From Thermoanaerobaculia bacterium (GTDB lineage Bacteria > Acidobacteriota > Thermoanaerobaculia > Gp7-AA8): a stretch of DNA of 46,838 nucleotides. Where the stretch lies: NCBI GenBank assembly GCA_051953135.1, contig JBQCJC010000201.1:1-46838 (forward strand), written 5' to 3'. Shown piece after piece: positions 7,916 to 17,665 of this stretch. The first letter of the stretch is position 1. Every line of letters starts with the position of its first letter. Both the position numbers and the translations under genes were made by a program. The notes beneath the pieces were generated by a model. The model had not been told where the DNA came from. It saw only the letters and a program-made list of their open reading frames with translations, and searched no databases.

Positions 7916-8560
7916 TCACCGATCGCGGTCCGGCAGCAGGGCATGCTCCATCGCGTACTGCACGATCTCCGCATTGCCCTTCAATCCCATCTTCTCGAGC
8001 AATCGAGCGCGATGCGTGGCCACGGTCTTCACGCTCACGTTGAGCTCCGCGGCAATCTGGCGCGGCGGTTTTCCCGCGGCGATCGAGCACAAGACCTGAA
8101 ACTCCCGCTCGGATAAAGAATGATGCGAGCGTTGTCCCTGAGGTTGCACGAGCTCCAGCGCGAGACTCTCCGCCATCGCGGGCGTGAGGAATCGCTCGCG
8201 GCGCGCGACTTTCGTGATGGCTTGCACGAGATGCTCGCGCGCGTTGCTTTTGCTGACGTATCCCAACGCACCGGTACGCAACGCGCGCATCGCGTACGAC
8301 GGATGCTGCTGCATGCTGAGAATCAGCACCGGCAGCATCGGTGCGATCGCGTGAATCTGCGCGAGCACATCGAGGCCTGGTCGATCGGGAAGATTGAGGT
8401 CGAGCACGACGACATCCCAGCCGCCACGACGCACGAGATCGATCGTCTCTTCACCCGATCGCGCTTCTCCGCCGACGGTGATGTTCGACGTCTCGGCCAC
8501 GATCTGCTTGAGGCCTTCGCGCACGATGTCGTGATCGTCCGCGATCAGTACCGTGATCAT
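7916..8560 (-). CDS. NarL/FixJ (LuxR-type HTH) response regulator
   Basis: MITVLIADDHDIVREGLKQIV receiver N-terminus, VVVLDLNLPD phospho-acceptor context, and a C-terminal LSEREFQVLCSIAAGKPPRQIAAELNVSVKTVATHRARLLEKMGL GerE/LuxR helix-turn-helix. The start overlaps the kinase stop by 4 nt. Confidence 0.95.
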   Translation of the reverse strand: MITVLIADDHDIVREGLKQIVAETSNITVGGEARSGEETIDLVRRGGWDVVVLDLNLPDRPGLDVLAQIHAIAPMLPVLILSMQQHPSYAMRALRTGALGYVSKSNAREHLVQAITKVARRERFLTPAMAESLALELVQPQGQRSHHSLSEREFQVLCSIAAGKPPRQIAAELNVSVKTVATHRARLLEKMGLKGNAEIVQYAMEHALLPDRDR

Positions 8561-10269
8561 GCGAACCTCATTTTCAACGACATCGGCAATCGCGCGGAGA
8601 CGATCGTGCCGCGCGTCGGGACGCCTTCGATCTGCACCGTTCCTCCGATCAACTCCGCGCGCTCGCGAATGCCGATCAGTCCGAGCGAGAGCGGATCGCC
8701 GATTTCTTCCGGCGTCACGCCGCGTCCATCATCGCGAATCTCGAGCAGCAACTCATCGCCGCGTTGTCGCAGACGCAGTTCCGTTCGCGTGGCGTTCGAA
8801 TGGCGCGCAACGTTTGTGAGCGCTTCCTGCACGATGCGATAGATCGTCGTCACGGTCTCGGTGTCTTCCGGCACCGCGCCGGCAACCGACACTTCGCATT
8901 CGATGCCGGAGCGCGCTTCGAACAATCGCGCTTCTTCCTCGATCGCGGCGACGAGGCCGAGGTCGTCGAGCACGCTGGGACGAAGCTCGGAGGAGATGCG
9001 TTGCACCGCACTCACCGTCGCATCGAGCGTCTGAAGAATGCGTTTGCTGATCGGCTCGACCGATGGCGTCGGCGGTGTTGCTTTGATGAGTCCGAGGAAA
9101 TCCATTTTGAGCGCGGTGATCGATTGTCCGAGGTCGTCGTGCAACTCGCGTGCGATGCGGGAACGCTCTTCTTCCTGCACGTGCAGCAGCCGTTCGTGCA
9201 GCGCTTTGAGCTTTCGCTCGCTCACGCGCTTCTGCTGATCGTTGTCCTGACGGCGATCGACCATGCGATTGAATGCGCGTGCGAGATTCGCGAGCTCGAG
9301 CGGTCCCTGCACGTCGGTCACGCGCATGTACGAACCTTCATCGGTCGTTGCCGCGGCGGAGACGAGCGCATTGATCGGCCGCGTGATCTTTCGTGCGACC
9401 ACGAGAATCATCACCACGACGACGAACACGATTCCGATTCCGCCCACCGCGCCGTTCCAGATCATTTCGCGAACCGGCTCCGTGATCATCGCGCTCGGCA
9501 CTCCGACGTAGACGTACCAGCCGAACTGCGGAACGCGCGCGAATCCGTACTGACGCTCGACGCCTTCGATCCCTTTCGTTTCCGCGACGCCTTCGCGCAA
9601 CCGCGCCGCAATCTCCGCGATGCGCGTGCCTTTGATGCTGCGGCCGAGCCATTCTTTCGCGCCCGCGGAGCGCGCGATGACCGTCTCGTCGCCGTCGAGA
9701 ATCGTCATGACGGCGCCGGGAATCAGCGCGTTGCGGCCGAGCATCTCGACGAACTCCAGCAACACGATCGTGCCGCCCGTTTGCGTGCGCGACGCGATTA
9801 CCGCCATCGAGCGTCCGTCGAACGTTCGTACAGTCGGAACGTTCATCGTCAGTCGATTCGCACGCAGCTCCGGCGCGATCCATGCCTGCGCGTATTGCGA
9901 GATTCCTCTGTTCTGCGGATCGGTGTTGCCGGTACAGACGAGATTTCCTTCGCGATCGAAGAGAAAGATGTCGGCGTAGCGTGGAAAGAAATCGATCGCG
10001 GCGAAGATGCTGTGGCAGGCGTCGCGATTCATGCCGGCGATCGCGGGACGCTGAGCCATCGCATCGAGGAGCGCAATCGATTCCGAGTAACTGTCGTAAA
10101 TGCGAGCCGCGCTCGCCTGCGCCATCCTCAGCGCCCCCATTCGCGCCTCGGCCTGTTCGCGCTCGACCTGCGAGATCGACACCGCGATCAGCAGCAACAG
10201 CACCGGTAATGCGACCGCGATGACGAGAGCAGCAAGCCACCAACGCAGGGATTTCGGGCGGGAAGGCAT
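8557..10269 (-). CDS. sensor histidine kinase (periplasmic sensor, HAMP, HisKA_3-type, HATPase)
   Basis: Start chosen at MPSRPKSLRWWLAALVIAVALPVLLLLIAV (first TM helix); the upstream ORF extension is low-complexity. H-box: RIARELHDDLGQSITAL. ATPase region: LTNVARHSNAT...DDGRGV...LGLIGIRERAELIGG. Paired with the NarL-type RR. Confidence 0.9.
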   Translation of the reverse strand: MPSRPKSLRWWLAALVIAVALPVLLLLIAVSISQVEREQAEARMGALRMAQASAARIYDSYSESIALLDAMAQRPAIAGMNRDACHSIFAAIDFFPRYADIFLFDREGNLVCTGNTDPQNRGISQYAQAWIAPELRANRLTMNVPTVRTFDGRSMAVIASRTQTGGTIVLLEFVEMLGRNALIPGAVMTILDGDETVIARSAGAKEWLGRSIKGTRIAEIAARLREGVAETKGIEGVERQYGFARVPQFGWYVYVGVPSAMITEPVREMIWNGAVGGIGIVFVVVVMILVVARKITRPINALVSAAATTDEGSYMRVTDVQGPLELANLARAFNRMVDRRQDNDQQKRVSERKLKALHERLLHVQEEERSRIARELHDDLGQSITALKMDFLGLIKATPPTPSVEPISKRILQTLDATVSAVQRISSELRPSVLDDLGLVAAIEEEARLFEARSGIECEVSVAGAVPEDTETVTTIYRIVQEALTNVARHSNATRTELRLRQRGDELLLEIRDDGRGVTPEEIGDPLSLGLIGIRERAELIGGTVQIEGVPTRGTIVSARLPMSLKMRFA

Positions 10270-10380
10270 GATCGTCGTGCAGTGTAGCGTTGCTCGCGGT
10301 TGTCGGGATGTGCGCACAAGCCGCGTCACCGGTGAAGACCGCGACGAAGAGAGAGTAAGATCCGCGCGGTCCAAAATCCT

Positions 10381-12738
10381 GTGCTCCTGATCCTCTACCT
10401 TGCTACGGCTGTGGCCCTGGTGTGCCTCGTGCGCTTCGTGCGTCCGATCTCGCGCCCGGCCGTTCTCGTTTTGCTCGCGATGCCGCTCGCGCTTCTCGGT
10501 GCCGCGGTGATCACCGGCGGCGTGTGGGGGCCGCTCGATCATGCATTTCAGGACACGCCGCTGAACGCGTTCGGCGCGGAGCATGGCGTCATCAACGCGG
10601 CGAAAAACGCGTCGTCGATCGACATCTTCTCGGAGTTTTTTCCATGGCGCCGCGTGGTGCAGTTGTCGTTGCAGAATCGCGAGTGGCCGTTGTGGAATCC
10701 GTACAACCTCGCGGGACATCCACTCGCGGCCGAAGTGCAATCTGCGCCGTATCTGCCGCTCACGTGGATCGCGTGTCTGCTGCCCGCGCCTGTGAGTCTC
10801 ACGTTCACCGCGGCGATCGGTCTTTTCATCGCAGCACTCGGCGCGTTTCTGTTTGCGCGCGAGCTTGGGTGTCGTGAATCGGCGGCATTGATCGCAGCGG
10901 CAGGATGGGCATTCGCGTCATGCAACGTGCTCTACATCCTCACCGCGATGGGAATGACCACCGTCTTCCTTCCGCTGATTCTCACCGCGTGCGCGCGTGC
11001 GATTCGCAAGCCGGGCATCGCGTCGTGCATGTTTCTGATGATTGCGCTGACGCTGACGATTCTCAGCGGGCATCCGGAATCGCTGTTTCTGAACGTAAGC
11101 ATCGGAACGATCTACTCGTTCTTCGAGCTCGCGCGCAATCGTGCAACCGCATTGCGCGGCATTCTCACCGCGATTCTCGCCGGCGCACTCGCCCTCGGCA
11201 TCACTGCAATTTCATTGCTGCCGCTCATCGAAGCGATTCCGCAATCGACCGAGTTTCGTTTGAAGAATCGCATGATGGGCGAGCGCTCGCAGCGCGTGCC
11301 CGGAATCGAAGTGCTCGCGAATCTCGCGACCGATTTCTATCCGCATCTGCACGTGCGTGAATGGGCGAAGCCGAATCTCGGACGCATCGGCGCGGAAACG
11401 GCGGCGGTGGGAAGTTTGCTGCTCGCGCTCGCGGTGTATGCGATCTGGCGCAGACGCAATGCGGAGACGTGGTTCTTCGCCGCACTCGCAGTCTTCTGCA
11501 TGCTTGCCGGTGCGCGATGGAGTTTGATCGCCGACGTGGCGATGCATCTGCCGCTGCTCGAGATCACGATGCTGCATCGCCTCGCGTTCTCCGCCGCGTT
11601 GTTCTTCGTGATGCTCGCGGCGCTTGGTGTCGAGGAGTGTTTGCAGCGCGACGATCGCAAATATGCGGCGATCACGATCGCAATCGTGACGGCGATGCTT
11701 GCGATCGGATTCTTATGGCTGCAGCGCAACGTGGTGCTTGCGATCACGCCCGCGGATTACGGCAGGTATCGCGTTTTCGCGGAGTTCTTCATTCCGATCG
11801 TTGCGGTGATTGTGCTCGCGCGTGTGCGAATCAAATTCGCCGCGCCGATTCTCATCGCGCTCGTGGTCGGACAACGCGCACTGACCGAGATCGATACGTT
11901 TCCCACGTTCGCGGCGAAAGCGGCGTATCCCGCGATTCCGTTGTTCGAGCCATTGAAGAATGTGCGCGAGCCGTTTCGCATCGTTGGTGAAGGCACCGCG
12001 TTTCCGCCTGCGACGAACATCATGTACGGCCTCGAAGATCCGCGCGGCTACGACGCGCTGACGCTCGACGAATACTCGCGCACGTACAAGCTTTGGTGCC
12101 GCCGCTACGGCATCTGGTACAACCGCGTCGACGATCTGACGACGCCGTTCCTTTCGTTTCTGAATGTGCGTTACGCGATTCAACAGGCTTCGTCGCCGAT
12201 TCCGCGCGGCTGGCGTGAAGTGAAAACGGATCGCGGTGCGCGATTGATCGAGAACCTGAACGCGATCGAACGCGTGTTCATCCCGAAGTCGGTCGAGATC
12301 AACGGCTCGCATCCGATCGAACTCGTCGATCGCATGGAAGCGATTCGCGACTATCGCGACTTCGCGTTCATCACCGCAACGTCAGGCAGCGGTGGTTCGA
12401 TCAACGGTCCCGGCACCATCAACCTCCGCTCGCGAAGACTCGGCGGCGAGTACGTCTTCGACGCGAACATGCAGCGCGGCGGATGGATCGTGATCTCGGA
12501 GTGTTCGTGGAAGGGATGGAAAGCCTCGGTCGATGGCGCGAAGTCACGCGTGCATCGCGCGAACGCCGCGTTTCTCAGCGTGTTCGTGCCGGCAGGAAAC
12601 CATTTGGTCCGCGTGTGGTATCGGCCGAAGTCGTTCGTTCACGGACGCATGATCACGTTCGCGACGCTGGCGTTGGTGTTCGCGTTCGCGATAGCGCGGT
12701 TCGCATGGCAGTGGCAAGCGAAGCGACATCCTCGTTGA
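10381..12738 (+). CDS. large polytopic membrane protein, YfhO-like (GT-C-type architecture)
   Basis: 785 aa, GTG start. About a dozen predicted TM segments, then a soluble C-terminal region and a final TM helix. The motif FFPWR...REWPLWNPYNLAGHPL recalls the YfhO family. Family assignment is by pattern only. Confidence 0.65.
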   Translation: MLLILYLATAVALVCLVRFVRPISRPAVLVLLAMPLALLGAAVITGGVWGPLDHAFQDTPLNAFGAEHGVINAAKNASSIDIFSEFFPWRRVVQLSLQNREWPLWNPYNLAGHPLAAEVQSAPYLPLTWIACLLPAPVSLTFTAAIGLFIAALGAFLFARELGCRESAALIAAAGWAFASCNVLYILTAMGMTTVFLPLILTACARAIRKPGIASCMFLMIALTLTILSGHPESLFLNVSIGTIYSFFELARNRATALRGILTAILAGALALGITAISLLPLIEAIPQSTEFRLKNRMMGERSQRVPGIEVLANLATDFYPHLHVREWAKPNLGRIGAETAAVGSLLLALAVYAIWRRRNAETWFFAALAVFCMLAGARWSLIADVAMHLPLLEITMLHRLAFSAALFFVMLAALGVEECLQRDDRKYAAITIAIVTAMLAIGFLWLQRNVVLAITPADYGRYRVFAEFFIPIVAVIVLARVRIKFAAPILIALVVGQRALTEIDTFPTFAAKAAYPAIPLFEPLKNVREPFRIVGEGTAFPPATNIMYGLEDPRGYDALTLDEYSRTYKLWCRRYGIWYNRVDDLTTPFLSFLNVRYAIQQASSPIPRGWREVKTDRGARLIENLNAIERVFIPKSVEINGSHPIELVDRMEAIRDYRDFAFITATSGSGGSINGPGTINLRSRRLGGEYVFDANMQRGGWIVISECSWKGWKASVDGAKSRVHRANAAFLSVFVPAGNHLVRVWYRPKSFVHGRMITFATLALVFAFAIARFAWQWQAKRHPR

Positions 12739-15121
12739 GCACGGTGTGATGCTCGCCGTCGACGACTGCGACGTCGAGGTTCGCGCAGTACTTGCTCCAT
12801 CCAAGGTCGGGATGCAGTGCGTCGGTGCCCCAGCCGTGACGCGCGAGAAAGAGCGTGACTGATCCCGCGTACGACTGCAGCGCATCGCGTTTGCGAATGG
12901 CCATGTACGACTGCTGCAACGGCGGCACGACCGGCGGCTCGGTGAAGAGCGAGTAGCCTTTGCCGCGCATCCACATCCACACGCCGCGAATGCGACGCCC
13001 GATCGAACCAAGGTAGCGAGGTACATTGGTACCAGGGTGCTTTCGTACCAGGGTCACATGCTTGAGCATGCGCTTCCATTTCGGCGCGAGCGTCGTATCG
13101 AGCGCGGTGTCGATCATGCCGGTGAACGCGACCTCTTCGCCCGCAAGCGTGAGTTGTCGCGCGACGTCGAGTGCGACCATGCCTCCCGCGGAGTAGCCGC
13201 CGAGCCAGTACGGCCCGTGCGGCTGGATCGCGCGAATCGCGTCGGCATAGCACGCGGCCATCGCGGGGAATGTCTTCGGAAAAGTCTCGGCGAGAAAGCC
13301 ATCGTGCGTGAGGCCGATGACTGTTTGTTCAGGGCCGAGTTTTTCCGCGAGCTCGCGAAACACGATCACGCTGCCGCCTTTGCCTGAGACGAGAAACAGT
13401 GGCGTCGACTGGCCCTGCTGCACGACGACCGCGAGTCGCTCGCGATCGGCGCGCGTGCGCAAATAGTCGGCCATCTTCGCGGGCGTGTTCAGCTCGAGCA
13501 GGATCGAGAGCGCGAGACTGCGGCCGAGCACGCGCTTCACTTCGGCGGCGAGATGCGCGGCGACGATCGATTCGCCGCCGAGATCATCGAAGAAATCATC
13601 GTCGAGTGAAACGGGTGCGTCGAGCACGCGCGACCAGATGTCGAGCAACGTGCGCTCGATGTCGTCTGCCGTTTCGTTCGCCTCGCGTTCGACGATGTCG
13701 ACGCGTTCGCGCAGTGCGTTGCGATCGACTTTCGCCGCGCGTGTCATCGGAATCGCATCGAGCGCGTGAATGCGGGAGGGGATGAGATGCGCGGGAACGT
13801 GTTCGCGCAACGCCGCGCGAATCGCGCGCGCATCGAACGGGATGCCACTGCGCATGACGACGTACGCGACGAGATGCGATTCGCCATGCGCGTCGGGCTT
13901 ACCGATGGCGACGGCTTCGCGCACTTGCGTGTGCTGCAACAACGCTGCTTCGACTTCGAGCGGATCGATACGACGGCCGTGGATTTTCAGTCGCGAGTCT
14001 TTGCGGCCGACGAAGTAGTACAGGCCATCGGTATCGCGGCGCACGAGATCGCCGGTGAAAAATGCGCCGTCGCGAAATCGTTGCGCGGTGAGCTCCGCAT
14101 CGTTCCAGTAGCCGTCGACGACATGCGGCCCGCGCACGACGAGCTCTCCGGTCTCGCCATCCGCGACGTCGTTGCCTTCGTCGTCGATGACGCGCAACGA
14201 GACGTTGGGACGCGGACGTCCGATGGGGACGAGCGGTCCATCGACCGGCGTGTCATGCGTGATCGAGATGTGCGTGACCATGCCGGTCTCGGTGGCGTTG
14301 AAGCCGCGTTCGAGGGTGCAGGTGCGTGGGAAACGCGCTTTGAATGTCGCGACGTCGTCGATGGTCATGACGTCGGCGCCGATGCGCAGTTTGCGGATCG
14401 AACTGAGATCGAGATCGTGCGGCGCGACGAGCATGAATCGCCGAAAGAGCGCGGGCGTGAGCGTGAGAATCGAGATGCGCTCGCGCGCGATGAAGTCCGC
14501 GAGATCATCGAGTGATTCGTGGCGCGCGTCGTACGCGCAAAGCGTTGCGCCGTTGAGCAGCGAACCGAGGATCTCGTAGGTGGCGCGTGCGAATCCGGGC
14601 AGCGCGGTGTAACTCACGCGCTCGCCGGGTTGTCTGCCAGTGACGCGCGATTGCATGTGCATGCGCTCGACGATGCCCGCTTGTTTGTACGCGACTGCTT
14701 TCGGCGCGCCCGTCGTTCCGCTCGTGAAGAGCAGTTGCAGCAACGCATGTGGAGTGCGGTGGCGAGAGTCACCGCGTTCGAACTCCAAAGCGGTGGCACT
14801 CGTTAGATCTGCATCGGTGATGGTGATGGATGCCGTGCTCAGCTCCATCAGCGTTTCGATGCGCTCCGGATCGAGCACGATGAAGAAGTGTCCCGCTTTC
14901 ACCGCCCCGAGAATCGCGGCGACTAGCGAGATCGGTTCGCGCAACAACAATGCGATCGGACGATCGAGCGGCGCATCGCGATCGATGAGCATCGACGCCA
15001 CACGATCGGACCACGCATCGAGCTCGCGATACGTGTAGCGCGTCGTCTTCGTCGAGACCGCGATCGCATCCGCGTGTTGCGCGGCGATCTTGCGGAAGGC
15101 GTCGGCGATCATTGCTGCCAT
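12653..15121 (-). CDS. stand-alone NRPS-like enzyme: adenylation - thiolation (PCP) - thioesterase, no condensation domain
   Basis: Adenylation cores: LLFTSGTTGAPKAV (A3), FNATETG (A5), FFTGDLVRRDTDG (A7), GRKDSRLKIHGRRIDPLEVE (A8), PMTRAAKVDR (A10). Carrier motif: DDFFDDLGGESIVAAHL. Thioesterase: GYSAGG nucleophile elbow and a distal GEHH. The start overlaps the permease gene by 13 nt. Confidence 0.9.
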   Translation of the reverse strand: MAAMIADAFRKIAAQHADAIAVSTKTTRYTYRELDAWSDRVASMLIDRDAPLDRPIALLLREPISLVAAILGAVKAGHFFIVLDPERIETLMELSTASITITDADLTSATALEFERGDSRHRTPHALLQLLFTSGTTGAPKAVAYKQAGIVERMHMQSRVTGRQPGERVSYTALPGFARATYEILGSLLNGATLCAYDARHESLDDLADFIARERISILTLTPALFRRFMLVAPHDLDLSSIRKLRIGADVMTIDDVATFKARFPRTCTLERGFNATETGMVTHISITHDTPVDGPLVPIGRPRPNVSLRVIDDEGNDVADGETGELVVRGPHVVDGYWNDAELTAQRFRDGAFFTGDLVRRDTDGLYYFVGRKDSRLKIHGRRIDPLEVEAALLQHTQVREAVAIGKPDAHGESHLVAYVVMRSGIPFDARAIRAALREHVPAHLIPSRIHALDAIPMTRAAKVDRNALRERVDIVEREANETADDIERTLLDIWSRVLDAPVSLDDDFFDDLGGESIVAAHLAAEVKRVLGRSLALSILLELNTPAKMADYLRTRADRERLAVVVQQGQSTPLFLVSGKGGSVIVFRELAEKLGPEQTVIGLTHDGFLAETFPKTFPAMAACYADAIRAIQPHGPYWLGGYSAGGMVALDVARQLTLAGEEVAFTGMIDTALDTTLAPKWKRMLKHVTLVRKHPGTNVPRYLGSIGRRIRGVWMWMRGKGYSLFTEPPVVPPLQQSYMAIRKRDALQSYAGSVTLFLARHGWGTDALHPDLGWSKYCANLDVAVVDGEHHTVLNEDVASLATAMRTALSRTRTPTPASRT

Positions 15122-15861
15122 GGCGTCACACGTCGCAGGAGAGTTTGAATGATGGCGTTCACGCTGATGCCGAGAAGCGAAATGATGACGACGCCGGCGT
15201 AGAGATTTTCGGTGCGCATCGTTTGCAGCGCGAGCCAGATCACGGAGCCGATGCCGGGACTCATGACCGTGAACTCGATGGCGATCGTGACGAGCAGCCC
15301 GAGGTTCGTGGCGATGCGAATGCCGTTGAGGATCATCGGCAGACTACCGGGCAGCACGACATGACGAAACGTGTCGAAGCGTTTGCCGCCGTAGTTGCGA
15401 ATCACTTCGAGATACAGCGGCGAGATCGCGCGTGCGCCGGCCGATGCGTTGATGAGCGTGGGGAAGAAGACCGTGAGCGCGATCGACGCGATCTTGGCCC
15501 ACTCGCTCACGCCGAAGATCACGATGAACAGCGGGAACAACACGATCTTCGGCAGCGGATGAATCGCGCTGATGAACGGATCGACGACGCGTTGCAGTCG
15601 CGGCAGCCAGCCGATGCAAAGCCCGAAGAGAATGCCGGGAACCGATCCCCCGATCACGCCGCCGAAGAAGCGCACGAGCGAGATGCCGATGTTGTGAAAG
15701 AGATCCTGCCGCACGAGTGTGACGAGCGCTTTGGCGATGAGCGACGGCGGCGGAAAGACGAGCGGCTCGATCCACGCTTTGCGCGCGGCGAGCTCCCACA
15801 TCGCGATGAGAGCGATGGCGATGCTCGCGGCGAGCAGACGATCTTTCGTGTTCTCGCTCAT
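15109..15861 (-). CDS. ABC transporter permease (NitT/TauT/SsuC-type)
   Basis: 250 aa and about 6 TM segments. N-terminus ...IALIAMWELAARKAWIEPLVFPPPSLIA is typical of nitrate/sulfonate/taurine-family permeases. 4-nt overlap with the ATPase gene. Confidence 0.9.
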   Translation of the reverse strand: MSENTKDRLLAASIAIALIAMWELAARKAWIEPLVFPPPSLIAKALVTLVRQDLFHNIGISLVRFFGGVIGGSVPGILFGLCIGWLPRLQRVVDPFISAIHPLPKIVLFPLFIVIFGVSEWAKIASIALTVFFPTLINASAGARAISPLYLEVIRNYGGKRFDTFRHVVLPGSLPMILNGIRIATNLGLLVTIAIEFTVMSPGIGSVIWLALQTMRTENLYAGVVIISLLGISVNAIIQTLLRRVTPWQQ

Positions 15862-16682
15862 AGCGGCACCGCCAGACTGGCGCGCACTTCTTCTTCGAGC
15901 AGTTGCCAGATGCGTTGCTTGAGCGCCGCGATTTCCTCGACATGGAGTGGCGCGCTCGCGGCTCGCCGGCCTGTGTCTGAATCGAAATCGGCGGGCTGAG
16001 CTCCCGCCGTTCCACGCGGGCGCGGGAGCGCAACGTCGAGCTCCGCGCGAATCGTTCCGGGGCGACCGCTCATGACCACGATGCGATCGCTGAGCAGGAT
16101 CGCTTCGTCGATGTCATGTGTGATGTGCACGACGACGCGTTTGTGCTCTTGCCAGATGCGCAGCAGTTCCTGCTGCAGCACGAGTTTCGTTTGCGCGTCG
16201 AGCGATCCGAATGGCTCGTCGAGCAGGAGGATCTCGGGCTCGGCGACGAACGCGCGCGCGATGCCGACGCGCTGGCGCATGCCGATCGAAAGTTGATGTG
16301 GATGATGATGCAGGAACTTCGTGAGGCCGACCTGTTCGATGAAGTGGCGTGCGCGTTCGAGCGCGGTTTTGCGCGCGACGGTTTGAAAGCGCAATCCGAG
16401 GGCGACGTTTTCGAGGACGTCGTACCACGGCAGTAAGCCGTGATCCTGAAACACGAGCGCGGTGCGGAGGCGATTCGTGTCGCTTGTGAAGCGCACACTT
16501 CCCGCGCTCGGCGTCACGAGTCCCGCGAGAATTTTCAGCAGCGTGGTTTTGCCGCAGCCGCTCGGTCCGACGATCGAGAGAAATTCAGCGGGACGCGCGG
16601 CGAGACTCACGCCGGCGAGCGCGGTGGTTTTCGTCGAGCCGCTGCCGAACGTCTTCTCGATGTTCTCGAGAACGAAGCTCAT
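15858..16682 (-). CDS. ABC transporter ATP-binding protein (NitT/TauT-type)
   Basis: Start at MSFVLENIEKTF (ATG 16682..16680, ATGA overlap with the binding-protein stop). Walker A GPSGCGKTT, signature LSIGMRQRV, Walker B ILLLDEPF. Confidence 0.9.
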   Translation of the reverse strand: MSFVLENIEKTFGSGSTKTTALAGVSLAARPAEFLSIVGPSGCGKTTLLKILAGLVTPSAGSVRFTSDTNRLRTALVFQDHGLLPWYDVLENVALGLRFQTVARKTALERARHFIEQVGLTKFLHHHPHQLSIGMRQRVGIARAFVAEPEILLLDEPFGSLDAQTKLVLQQELLRIWQEHKRVVVHITHDIDEAILLSDRIVVMSGRPGTIRAELDVALPRPRGTAGAQPADFDSDTGRRAASAPLHVEEIAALKQRIWQLLEEEVRASLAVPL

Positions 16683-17665
16683 TGGCGCGCCGTGTCGAGG
16701 AACGCCGGGTTCCACCACTCTTCGAATTTCATCGAACGATCGAGCATCTTGTTGGCGACTGCCCAGTCGAGGAACGGCTGCACGGCGTTCGGATCGATGT
16801 GCGCATCGTCGTTGACCGCCACCCAGCACGCGCGGCGAATGATCTCGTCCGGCAGTTTCGTGTGGCGCGCGACGATCGCGACGTTGCGATCGGTCTTGCC
16901 CTGGTTGTACGTGTGCACGCCGCGCAGATACGCGCGCATGAAGCGGCGTCCGAGAGCGGGATCGTCCTGCAGCAGACGCTTGCCGAAGACGAGCAGCGCG
17001 AACTGATGATTCGGTGCGACGTCCTGCGCGGTGGCGACGACCTTCGCCCAGCCGTCGTGCATGATGCCGCTGAGATTCGGCTCGGTGGTCATGCGCACGG
17101 CGTCGGTCATGTCGCGCGATGTGGCCGGTGTGCCGGCGGGGAGTTGAATGAGCGTGACGTCCTGCATCGTCGCGCCGCGGCTTTCGACGAGCCGCGCGGT
17201 GAGGAACTCCGAGAGTCCGCCACGCAGAACCGCGATGCGTTCGCCTTTCAATTTGCCGCCGTTCTTTGCAATGCGATCAGCCATCGCAATCGGAGCGACG
17301 AATGCATCGGCGCTGCATACCTGGCTGGTGTGACCCTTGTCCGCGACGACACGCAGCACGGCTCCGCGTGCGATCGTGTTGAATATGCCCGAGCGCACGC
17401 CGGAGTTGAGCACATCGAGTTTGCCCGCGGCCGCGGCCGCGACCGCGGAGTTCGAATCGAGCTTCGCCACTTCGATCTCGATGCCTTCGTTCGCGAAGTA
17501 GCCTTCATCCATCGCGATCATCAGCGGCGCGTACGTCATGACCGGATTGAGATTCATCGTCACTTTCGTGAGCTTCGGCTGCGGCGCCGGTGCGGGCGCT
17601 TCTTTCCGGCACGACAGCACGACGAATGCGAGGACGACGAGCGCGAGTTTTCGTTGGACGTTCAT
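16679..17665 (-). CDS. ABC substrate-binding lipoprotein, NMT1/THI5-SsuA-like
   Basis: Signal/lipobox VVLAFVVLSC, then the pattern KVTMNLNPVMTYAPLMIAMDEGYFANEGIEIEV...LDSNSAV..AAAGKLDV typical of NitT/TauT-family binding proteins. The ATG overlaps the TonB-receptor stop (ATGA). Confidence 0.85.
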   Translation of the reverse strand: MNVQRKLALVVLAFVVLSCRKEAPAPAPQPKLTKVTMNLNPVMTYAPLMIAMDEGYFANEGIEIEVAKLDSNSAVAAAAAGKLDVLNSGVRSGIFNTIARGAVLRVVADKGHTSQVCSADAFVAPIAMADRIAKNGGKLKGERIAVLRGGLSEFLTARLVESRGATMQDVTLIQLPAGTPATSRDMTDAVRMTTEPNLSGIMHDGWAKVVATAQDVAPNHQFALLVFGKRLLQDDPALGRRFMRAYLRGVHTYNQGKTDRNVAIVARHTKLPDEIIRRACWVAVNDDAHIDPNAVQPFLDWAVANKMLDRSMKFEEWWNPAFLDTARQ

